Below, one piece after another: positions 46,301-56,176 of a stretch of 64,000 nucleotides of DNA. This stretch comes from Macrostomum hystrix (lineage: Eukaryota > Animalia > Platyhelminthes), in the NCBI GenBank assembly GCA_950097015.1, contig CATNEN010000024.1:6076001-6140000 (forward strand). The letters run 5' to 3'. Position 1 is the first letter of the stretch. The number at the start of each line of letters is the position of its first letter. The notes beneath the pieces are model-generated. The model made no database searches. It was not told the DNA's origin and saw only the letters and a program-made list of their open reading frames with translations. A program made the position numbers and the translations under genes.

Positions 46301-49300
46301 AAACTCAGGGAGTTGCATCCCATTCTCTCAGAAAACTCAGGGAGTTGCATTCCATTCCCTTAGAAAACTCAGGGAGTTGCATCCCATTCTCTCAGAAAAC
46401 TCAGGGAGTTGCATCCCATTCTCTCAGAAAACTCAGGGAGTTGCATTCCATTCCCTCAGAAAACTCAGGGAGTTGCATTCCATTCTCTCAGAAAACTCAG
46501 GGAGTTGCATTCCATTCCCTTAGAAAACTCAGAGAGTTACATCCCATTCTCTCAGAAAACTCAGGGAGTTGCATTCCATTCTCTGAGAAAACTCAGGGAG
46601 TTGCATTCCATTCTCTCAGAAAATTCAGGGAGTTGCATCCCATTCTCTCAGAAAACTCAGGGAGTTGCATTCCATTCTCTCAGAAAACTCAGGGAGTTGC
46701 ATTCCATTCTCTCAGAAAATTCAGGGAGTTGCATCCCATTCTCTCAGAAAACTCAGGGAGTTGCATCCCATTCTCTCAGAAAACTCAGGGAGTTGCATTC
46801 CATTCTCTCAGAAAACTCAGGGAGTTGCATTCCATTCTCTCAGAAAATTCAGGGAGTTGCATTCCATTCCCTTAGAAAACTCAGAGAGTTGCATTCCATT
46901 CTCTCAGAAAACTCAGGGAGTTGCATCCCATTCTCTCAGAAAACTCAGGGAGTTGCATCCCATTCTCTCAGAAAACTCAGGGAGTTGCATTCCATTCCCT
47001 TAGAAAACTCAGGGAGTTGCATCCCATTCTCTCAGAAAACTCAGGGAGTTGCATCCCATTCTCTCAGAAAACTCAGGGAGTTGCATTCCATTCCCTTAGA
47101 AAACTCAGGGAGTTGCATTCCATTCTCTCAGAAAACTCAGGGAGTTGCATTCCATTCTCTCAGAAAACTCAGGGAGTTGCATTCCATTCCCTTAGAAAAC
47201 TCAGAGAGTTGCATCCCATTCTCTCAGAAAACTCAGGGAGTTGCATTCCATTCTCTCAGAAAACTCAGGGAGTTGCATTCCATTCCCTCAGAAAACTCAG
47301 AGAGTTACATATTCTAGCTTTACTCTAAAGTTGGCGCGCACGCAAAGCATTCCAGCCCTTCAGTTCTCTACAGTGAAGTCCGCAACCAATTGGCAGAACT
47401 GCAGAGGCTGTCCATGAGAATCCGGGCTCAACAGGGAATCCGAAACCATCCCCACCCGAAACTTCGGTCTCAGCTGGGTCTCAATTCTCTGATCCCGCAT
47501 CCAATGGTCTCCGCTAGCCCGGACCTTCGGAGAATCAATCCCTCAAAGCGATCGTTAAGTCCCCTATTAATTGGCGGATTTCGGGTGCTAGGGGGAATCA
47601 TGGTACGCGTGTCTGCCGATTTCTTAGAAACGCGTCACTTTACGCGCGAGAGCATCTCTGACGATTCATTACTGTACAGGGGTTGTGCCATGATTTGGCC
47701 GGACAGAACTCTTGGATTCGATGTCACATGTAATTCTATGTCGTTAATACGAGTTGACGAAACTGTTTTTTAAAGGCCTTTTTCAATCCAATGCTTCCTA
47801 TTTTATTGTGCAGTCCGAAAAAAGGCAATCTGAAACCTGAAACTGAAACTGAATCTGAATCTGAATCCGAATCCGAATCTGAATCTGAATCTGAATCTGA
47901 ATCCGAATCCGAATCTGAATCTGAATCCGAATCCGAATCTGAATCTGAATCTGAATCTGAATCTGAATCCGAATCTGAATCCGAAATCGTGGTCCGAATT
48001 CGGGATCTCGGTCGCTCTGTACTAAATACGGCTCAGAGGCCACTCGTTGAGGAGTCACTGAGCGGGCGCAGGTGGCAACCGTTGCTAGGAAAACTATTAG
48101 CACTGGAAAATTCCCAGATACTCTCGCACCCGGCGGGCGAGCTTAATGACGGCAGTTCCTTCAGGAGAACCTTGGCAACGTCTTCTGAAGGACGGCAGAG
48201 CATAAAAAGACAGCGTCTGACGCTGAAACACAAACACACTTGCAAGCCAGCTCATCCAACTTAATCATAGGCCTTTGAGCAGTGCGCGTGTGCGTGCTCA
48301 AACTGAGTCTATTTGAGTCGATGGGGGTTCAAATTTAGTCAGATATTACCTCTATGCAAGAATTGAGCATTTCAAAGGACCCCGCATGCAGTCCGCATTG
48401 TCTGAGCAGCTCTTAGCCATTATTTTGCTAACTAGTAAAACAAAAAACAAATTATTAAAACAATAATTTAGTTTTAATCCTAAATAGAGTTTTCATTTGT
48501 GAAACTTATGAGAACTTGTGTAATGAGTACAGTGCAGCACAGAGAATGGGAGCCTTCAAGCTGGTCTTGGTCAGCTGGCTGCAATTTGCGCGCTCTGGAT
48601 CGAATTTCAGATTGTTGTCAATGCGATGGGGTTGAGAAAATGGAGAAAAATTGCCTTGCGAGGCTGATTGGTCTGAGAGAATGCTCCGGCTGCCGCTGTG
48701 AGTCTCTACTCCACCATGTCTCTTGAACTGAACCTGTCCTTCTCCCTTTCCTTCTCCCTGCCCTTCTCCCTGCCCTTCTCCCTGCCCTTCTCCCTGCCCT
48801 TCTCCCTGCCCTTCTCCCTGCCCTTCTCCCTGCCCTTCTCCCTGCCCTTCTCCCTGTCCTTCTCCCTGCCCTTCTCCCTGCCCTTCTCCCTGCCCTTCTC
48901 CCTGTCCTTCTCCCTGCCCTTCTCCCTGCCCTTCTCCCTGTCCTACTCCCTGTCCTTCTCCCTGTCCTTCTCCCTGTCCTACTACCTGTCCTTCTCCCTG
49001 TCCTTCTCCCTGTCCTACTCCCTGTCCTTCTCCCTGTCCTACTCCCTGTCCTACTCCCTGTCCTTCTCCCTGTCCTACTCCCTGTCCTTCTCCCTGTCCT
49101 TCTCCCTGCCCTTCTCCCTGCCCTTCTCCCTGCCCTTCTCCCTGCCCTTCTCCCTGCCCTTCTCCCTGCCCTTCTCCCTGCCCTTCTCCCTGCCCTTCTC
49201 CCTGCCCTTCTCCCTGCCCTTCTCCCTGTCCTTCTCCCTGTCCTTCTCCCTGCCCTTCTCCCTGTCCTTCTCCCTGTCCTTCTCCCTGTCCTTCTCCCTG

Positions 49301-52300
49301 TCCTACTCCCTGTCCTTCTCCCTGTCCTACTCCCTGTCCTACTCCCTGTCCTTCTCCCTGTCCTACTCCCTGTCCTTCTCCCTGTCCTTCTCCCTGTCCT
49401 TCTCCCTATCCTTCTCCCTGTCCTTCTCCCTGTCCTACTCCCTCCTCTTCTCTTGTCGCCGCATCTTAACTCTTTCTTTCTCTCTCATTAACAAAATATT
49501 TTTAGTTTGAGAGCTCGAACCGCACCAGAAATTCTCAGCAACGCACTCCCAAAGCAGACGGACTAAAACTTTAAGCAGCCCCCGCTCATCCCCTCAAAGG
49601 TGTGTCAACTCCACCTTCAAGCCACCAGCCAGGCGCCCGCTTTCTCCGCCCCACATGCTGTGAAACTCCGCCAGCTGCTGGGGGTTGTCACTTGTGCTGG
49701 GTCGGCCGTAACAGCGGAAGACAAGACAGAAAAGGTGGCTAGTCATAGTTCCTACAGTTGGCATTGAGCACTACTCAACTACTCATGACTCAAGTGAACC
49801 AGTCTATGCAAGCGCTCGATTCGAAGGTACTTAGCGCCAAAATATAGTGAGAGACAGAGGAGAAAGAAAATGAGCCTATAGAGAGAAAGATTATAGTGAG
49901 AACTGTGGGTGCTTGTCGGCTAGCCTGACAAGCAGTTCACGTTTCAACTCCACTTGTTCTACTGGTGTGTGTGGTGTAAGTGTTTTTTTCCCGAATTTTC
50001 AATATTGAAGTCAGACGTGCGAAGGAATGACCGGCAACTCTGTTGATTTTCTTCCTGCCACTGAACTCAGCGGCTAACCTGCCACTCAGTCTCACCACAC
50101 TGAGACCGTCCCACCGTCTCTTTGCCTCACTCTCACCCGTTCAGCCTTTGTCTCACCCTCTCGCCCTCTCGCCCTGTATCTCTTGGTCTGGCACTCTATC
50201 TCTTGGTCTCGCCCACTATCTCTTGGCCTCTCCCTCTCGCCCTCTATCTCTCGCCCTCTATCTCTCACCCTCTATCTCTCACCCTCTATCTCTCACCCTC
50301 TATCTCTCGCCCTTTATCTCTCGCCCTCTATCTCTCGCCCTCTATCTCTCGCTCTCTATCGCTCGCTCTCTATCTCTCGCTCTCTATCTCTCGCCCTCTC
50401 CCTCTCGCCCCTATCTCTCGCCCTCTCCCTCTCGCCCCTATCTCTCGCCCTCTATCTCTCGCTCTCTATCTCTCGCCCTCTCGCCCATTTTTCGGTTTTC
50501 TCGCTCTCGCTCCTACTTTTGTTGTATCTTCCAGTCATCTATAAAATATATGAAACTCAGACTTAAGACTGACATGCCCGAACTCATAAAATCCAATATT
50601 TTTAAATCAGACAAGAGGGGATTTGAAGCTGCAAGTACACTTTAGTGCATTTAGCATTGTATCATTTGTGCGGATTGTAAATGCATTTTGAGATCAGTTG
50701 ATAAAGTGTCTCATTGGCGATGGGTCGATAGAAATGTGAAGAAAATTATGCTCAGAGAAGCGGTGCTGGTGATGAGTGCTAGGGCATAGAATTACAATTA
50801 TCTACAGTCAAATCAGAGCAAACCAGAAAGGTAGCTATCAGTAACCTGGATTTTCCAACACTTTATTTTTTTGCACAAAAGGAAACGTTTATAAAAACAC
50901 ATTAAACCTTCCACTGGTTTGATGCATATCAGTGTGGCTGCAATGCGATCTGTGCTAAGCGGTTTGGCATCTCAGAGATTAGTAGCGAATAAAATTTTCC
51001 AACATTTAGTACATCTTCAATTCAACTGAGAATAGGAGATTGAGAAATCTAGGCACCAAGCTAAAATGTGAGATTAACCCGATTGGGTCAAGAACTGAGG
51101 GAACAATGTAGAGTGCATTGTGAGAGAGAGTGAGGGAGAGTGACAGTGAGTGAGTTAGAGTGACAGTGAGTGAGTTAGAGTGACAGTAAGTGAGGTAGAG
51201 CGACAATGAGTGAGGCAAAGTGACAGTGAGTGAGGTAGAGTGACATTAGGGAGGTAAGTGACAGTGAGTGAGGGAGAGTGACATTGAGTGAGGTAGAGTG
51301 ACATTAGGTGAGGTAAGTGACAGTGAGTGAGGGAGAGTGGCAGTGAGTGAGGTAGAGTGACATTAGGTGAGGTAAGTGACAGTGAGTGAGGTAGAGTGAC
51401 ATTGAGTGAGGTAGAGTGACAGTGAGTGAGGGAGAGTGACAGTGAGTGAGGTAGAGTGACAGTGAGTGAGGTAGAGTGACAGTGAGTGAGGTAGAGTGAC
51501 ATTAGGGAGGTAAGTGACAGTGAGTGAGGTAGAGTGACATAAGGTGAGGTAAGTGACAGTGAGTGAGGGAGAGTGGCAGTGAGTGAGGTAGAGTGACATT
51601 AGGTGAGGTAAGTGACAGTGAGTGAGGGAGAGTGACGGTGAGTGAGGTAGAGTGACAGTGAGTGAGGTAGAGTGACAGTGAGTGAGGTAGAGTGACATTA
51701 GGGAGGTAAGTGACAGTGAGTGAGGGAGAGTGACAGTGAGTGAGGTAGAGTGACAGTGAGTGAGGTAGAGTGACATTAGGGAGGTAAGTGACAGTGAGTG
51801 AGGGAGAGTGACATTGAGTGAGGTAGAGTGACATTAGGTGAGGTAAGTGACAGTGAGTGAGGGAGAGTGGCAGTGAGTGAGGTAGAGTGACATTAGGTGA
51901 GGTAAGTGACAGTGAGTGAGGTAGAGTGACAGTGAGTGAGGTAGAGTGACATTAGGGAGGTAAGTGACAGTGAGTGAGGGAGAGTGACGGTGAGTGAGGT
52001 AGAGTGACAGTGAGTGAGGTAGAGTGACAGTGAGTGAGGTAGAGTGACAGTGAGTGAGGTAGAGTGACATTAGGGAGGTAAGTGACAGTGAGTGAGGGAG
52101 AGTGACATTGAGTGAGGTAGAGTGACATTAGGTGAGGTAAGTGACAGTGAGTGAGGGAGAGTGGCAGTGAGTGAGGTAGAGTGACATTAGGTGAGGTAAG
52201 TGACAGTGAGTGAGGGAGAGTGGCAGTGAGTGAGGTAGAGTGACATTAGGTGAGGTAAGTGACAGTGAGTGAGGGAGAGTGGCAGTGAGTGAGGTAGAGT

Positions 52301-52884
52301 GACATTAGGTGAGGTAAGTGACAGTGAGTGAGGGAGAGTGACATGAGTGAGTAAGAGTGCAGAAGAGTGAGGGAGAGTGACAGTGAGTGAGGGAGAGTGA
52401 CAGTGAGTGAGGGAGAGTGACAGTGAGTGAGGGAGAGTGACAGTGAGTGAGGGAGAGTGACATTGAGTGAGGGAGAGTGACAGTGAGTGAGGGAGAGTGA
52501 CAGTGAGTGAGGGAGAGTGACAGTGAGTGAGGGAGAGTGACAGTGAGTGAGGGAGAGTGACAGTGAGTGAGGGAGAGTGACAGTGAGTGAGGGAGAGTGA
52601 CAGTGAGTGAGGGAGAGTGACAGTGAGTGAGTAAGAGTTCAGAAGAGTGAGGGAGAGTGAGACAGAGTTCCTGACAGCAGAGTAACGGACTCACTGGGAC
52701 TCCTGGTCCGTATTTTCCTCCTGCTGCACATTGACATTCTCCTTCATGACGAGGTCGCGGCCGCCCCGGCTCCACACAATCTTGGGGTTGGGCTTGCCCC
52801 TCGCCCGGCACTTCACAATGAGCGTCTTGCCTTCGCCGATGTTGATACTGTTCTGAATCGGGTACACTACTTCCGGCTCAGAGG
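30460..52884 (-). CDS. NRG: neuregulin/vein-like EGFR ligand precursor (Ig I-set + EGF + TM + cytoplasmic tail), core 8 exons
   Basis: Phase-compatible GT-AG exons: 52884-52695 (Ig N-half, [14 protein letters not shown]), 40759-40647 (Ig C-half, [11 protein letters not shown]), 40211-40155 (Thr/Pro stalk), 38399-38327 (EGF C1-C4), 34972-34884 ([11 protein letters not shown]), 34803-34704 ([27 protein letters not shown]), 31897-31837 and 31323-30460 (Pro/Gln-rich tail, stop). The TM motif resembles the neuregulin RVLTITGI motif. Confidence 0.88.
31378..31705 (-). mobile_element. SINE family B copy
   Basis: Aligns with 22686-23065. Its tail ends about 55 nt upstream of the last neuregulin acceptor. 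Confidence 0.85.
32400..34668. repeat. 34-bp minisatellite in two subtypes (AGGGTGTGTCATTCCAGGAATAGGGTGTGAGGGT, then AGGGTCGGTCATTCAATGATCAGGGTGTGAGGGT)
   Basis: About 54 copies of subtype 1 to about 34230, then about 13 of subtype 2. Confidence 0.96.
34704..34972 (-). CDS. NRG: neuregulin-like gene: EGF C-terminal exon (34884-34972) and TM exon (34704-34803)
   Basis: [29 protein letters not shown] / [34 protein letters not shown], separated by an 80-nt GT-AG intron. Confidence 0.9.
35555..35850 (+). mobile_element. SINE family B copy
   Basis: Contains CACCAAGGTCCCTGAGCTCGATTCC and the shared body; the tail runs into a short tandem repeat to about 35965. Confidence 0.85.
36715..37585. repeat. 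15/16-bp minisatellite (AGAGGGTAAGAATGGG)
   Basis: About 55 tandem copies in the intron that splits the EGF domain. Confidence 0.95.
38327..38399 (-). CDS. NRG: neuregulin-like gene: EGF N-terminal exon
   Basis: CCGCAG acceptor, [25 protein letters not shown]|GTGAGT donor; phases 1 and 2 fit both neighbouring exons. Confidence 0.9.
38415..39236. repeat. 16/20-bp minisatellite (GAGTGAGTCAAGGCTT)
   Basis: About 45 tandem copies starting about 15 nt from the EGF exon acceptor. Confidence 0.96.
39768..40108. repeat. 31-bp minisatellite (CCAGTCCTTCAGGGTGTCAGTCTCTTTCCCA)
   Basis: About 11 tandem copies. Confidence 0.93.
40155..40759 (-). CDS. NRG: neuregulin-like gene: Ig C-half exon (40647-40759) and stalk exon (40155-40211)
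   Basis: [37 protein letters not shown] / [19 protein letters not shown], with canonical splice sites. Confidence 0.88.
40843..47310. repeat. 6.5-kb 32-bp satellite (GAAAACTCAGGGAGTTGCATTCCATTCTCTCA)
   Basis: About 200 tandem copies with a few recurrent variant positions, inside the intron that splits the Ig domain. Confidence 0.97.
47836..47985. repeat. (GAATCT/GAATCC)n hexamer repeat
   Basis: About 25 copies. Confidence 0.95.
48735..49445. repeat. 12-bp pyrimidine-rich minisatellite (CTTCTCCCTGCC/CTTCTCCCTGTC)
   Basis: About 59 copies. Confidence 0.95.
50155..50485. repeat. 14-bp minisatellite (TCTATCTCTCGCCC)
   Basis: About 23 degenerate copies. Confidence 0.9.
51122..52670. repeat. 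compound GTGACAGTGAGTGAG(G)-based minisatellite
   Basis: Interleaved units AGAGTGACAGTGAGTGAGGG/GT and AGTGACATTAGGTGAGGTA; begins about 25 nt after the Ig exon donor. Confidence 0.95.
52695..52884 (-). CDS. NRG: neuregulin-like gene: Ig N-half exon
   Basis: [41 protein letters not shown]; TTTGCAG acceptor and CA|GTGAGT donor. Confidence 0.9.
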
Positions 52885-53074
52885 CTGCAAAGTGGTTGTT
52901 GAGGGTTTTTACCTAGACATTTCAAGGTCTCGTATATAGCGTAATTTAAAAACGTTATAAAACATAATGCGAACATTCTATTGCTCTTGTCTCTGTGGTG
53001 ATAACAATTTGTTTTAGGGTTGAGCTTTATTTTGTCTCGGGATGAGATTTTGTCGAATTTAATTTTTGGCGTCT

Positions 53075-55026
53075 CAGGGTGAGATTTTTTAACAGTTTAT
53101 CTCAGGGTGAGATTTTGTAGCATTTAGTTTCAGGGTGAGATTCTGTAGCAGTAAGTCTCAGGGTGAGATTTTTAACAGTTTATCTCAGGGTGAGATTTTG
53201 TAGCAGTTAGTCTCGGTGAGATTCTGTAGCAGTTAGTCTCAGGGTGAGATTTTGTAGCAGTTAGTCTCGGTGAGATTCTGTAGCAGTTAGTCTCAGGGTG
53301 AGATTCTGTAGCAGTTAGTCTCAGGGTGAGATTCTGTAGCAGTTAGTTTCAGGGTGAGATTCTGTAGCAGTTAGTCTCAGGGTGAGATTCTGTAGCAGTT
53401 AGTTTCAGAGTGAGATTCTGTAGCAGTTAGTTTCAGGGTGAGATTCTGCAGCAGTTAGTTTCAGGGTGAGATTCTGTAGCAGTTAGTTTCAGGGTGAGAT
53501 TCTGTAGCATTTAGTCTCAGGGTGAGATTCTGTAGCAGTTAGTTTCAGGGTGAGATTCTGTAGCAGTTAGTCTCAGGGTGAGATTCTGTAGCAGTTAGTC
53601 TCAGGGTGAGATTCTGTAGCAGTTAGTTTCAGGGTGAGATTCTGTAGCAGTTAGTTTCAGGGTGAGATTCTGTAGCAGTTAGTTTCAGGGTGAGATTCTG
53701 TAGCAGTTAGTTTCAGGGTGAGATTCTGTAGCAGTTAGTTTCAGGGTGAGATTCTGTAGCAGTTAGTTTCAGGGTGAGATTCTGTAGCAGTTAGTTTCAG
53801 GGTGAGATTCTGTAGCAGTTAGTTTCAGGGTGAGATTCTGTAGCAGTTAGTCTCAGGGTGAGATTCTGTAGCAGTTAGTTTCAGGGTGAGATTCTGTAGC
53901 AGTTAGTTTCAGGGTGAGATTCTGTAGCAGTTAGTCTCAGGGTGAGATTCTGTAGCAGTTAGTTTCAGGGTGAGATTCTGTAGCAGTTAGTCTCAGGGTG
54001 AGATTCTGTAGCAGTTAGTTTCAGGGTGAGATTCTGTAGCAGTTAGTTTCAGGGTGAGATTCTGTAGCAGTTAGTTTCAGGGTGAGATTCTGTAGCAGTT
54101 AGTTTCAGGGTGAGATTCTGTAGCAGTTAGTTTCAGGGTGAGATTCTGTAGCAGTTAGTTTCAGGGTGAGATTCTGTAGCAGTTAGTTTCAGGGTGAGAT
54201 TCTGTAGCAGTTAGTTTCAGGGTGAGATTCTGTAGCAGTTAGTTTCAGGGTGAGATTCTGTAGCAGTTAGTCTCAGGGTGAGATTCTGTAGCAGTTAGTT
54301 TCAGGGTGAGATTCTGTAGCAGTTAGTTTCAGGGTGAGATTCTGTAGCAGTTAGTCTCAGGGTGAGATTCTGTAGCAGTTAGTTTCAGGGTGAGATTCTG
54401 TAGCAGTTAGTCTCAGGGTGAGATTCTGTAGCAGTTAGTTTCAGGGTGAGATTCTGTAGCAGTTAGTTTCAGGGTGAGATTCTGTAGCAGTTAGTCTCAG
54501 GGTGAGATTCTGTAGCAGTTAGTCTCAGGGTGAGATTCTGTAGCAGTTAGTCTCAGGGTGAGATTCTGTAGCAGTTAGTCTCAGGGTGAGATTCTGTAGC
54601 AGTTAGTCTCAGGGTGAGATTCTGTAGCAGTTAGTCTCAGGGTGAGATTCTGTAGCAGTTAGTTTCAGGGTGAGATTCTGTAGCAGTTAGTCTCAGGGTG
54701 AGATTCTGTAGCAGTTAGTCTCAGGGTGAGATTCTGTAGCAGTTAGTCTCAGGGTGAGATTCTGTAGCAGTTAGTCTCAGGGTGAGATTCTGTAGCAGTT
54801 AGTTTCAGGGTGAGATTCTGTAGCAGTTAGTTTCAGGGTGAGATTCTGTAGCAGTTAGTTTCAGGGTGAGATTCTGTAGCAGTTAGTTTCAGGGTGAGAT
54901 TCTGTAGCAGTTAGTTTCAGGGTGAGATTCTGTAGCAGTTAGTTTCAGGGTGAGATTCTGTAGCAGTTAGTCTCAGGGTGAGATTCTGTAGCAGTTAGTC
55001 TCAGGGTGAGATTCTGTAGCAGTTAG
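53075..55026. repeat. 28-bp minisatellite (GTAGCAGTTAGTTTCAGGGTGAGATTCT)
   Basis: About 70 tandem copies. Confidence 0.97.
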
Positions 55027-56176
55027 CCTTATGAGTGTGATCATTTAGTTTTGATCTTTAATATTTCAACAATGACGATTGAAACTTAATCGGCATCGGT
55101 GAGATTTTGAAGCTGTCAGCAAATCTCAGTTAGATGAGATCTGGAACACAGTCTTACCCCGGTAGACACTCCAGAAAATATGAACAAACTGGCTGTCCAT
55201 TCTACTGCTGCTGCTGATGCTACTAACAATGCAAGTTTTGCTTAGATTCTAGCTAGCTAGGATCGTGTGATACAAGTGAAAACGTGCGTTTTTCAATCTC
55301 TTTCTAGCAATGGAATGCTGATCATTATGCCTCTCGCAGTTTTTCCAAGACAGCTCCGGATTGGCTGGCATCCACGAGGCGAACAAAAAGACTGACCCTC
55401 CAACCACCATTGGCCAATCAGAAAGCTTTGTATTTCCTTATTCTTTAGTAAAATGCGGGCATTTCTAAATTGAATTTCTGTGAATATTCGTCGCTTACAT
55501 TTGCATAATCACTAATAAATAGAATGGTGACAAAGGCACTGAATAAACATTCTCTGTGCTATAGAAAAACTTGTCCCATAGTGTTGTAGTCTACGTTTGA
55601 CGTGAAAATTCTAATCACCCTACTGTTGCTTCACAGTTAGTAGTATGTCTTGAGTGTGACATTTGTTTTTAAAGAAAAGAGACACTGTTTAAGCGAAAAA
55701 TTAGAAATGTTTACAAACATCATAATCTATTAATGCCAGAACTGAAAAGACTTACATTTTTGTACTTTATTATTTTTATACATATACTAGGCTGTTAACA
55801 TTAGAATAAACACGGAGGTAAAATAAATGCCCACGTTTTTCATTTTCTGTATCTCACAAAATATTATAATAATGAAAATCCGGAGCACGGGCTAACATTT
55901 TCCGCTCTATTCGATGAAACAGCTTCCAGATTAACAAAACATCAGCATCCACAAGATATTCAACGAATATCTCGACGATTGCTGACTCGGACGGCGTTGA
56001 AAATTTGTTCATCGTCATCATCAGGACGGAAATTAGCGCGGTCTCATTCTACTGCTAAGGGTTCACGTCGTACTTAACAAAAATTAGTCATTTATCTAGT
56101 AAAGAAACTAATTTGAAAGGCCTGCTCAATCTGTATGTTTCTCTATACTCAAGCTCTGCCTCTGACATGAGCTCAC

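Noticed and set aside
47390-48264. nested gene or retroelement (127-aa and ES-repeat 157-aa ORFs)
   Set aside because: No recognisable domain or splice structure, and the longer ORF depends on a hexamer repeat.
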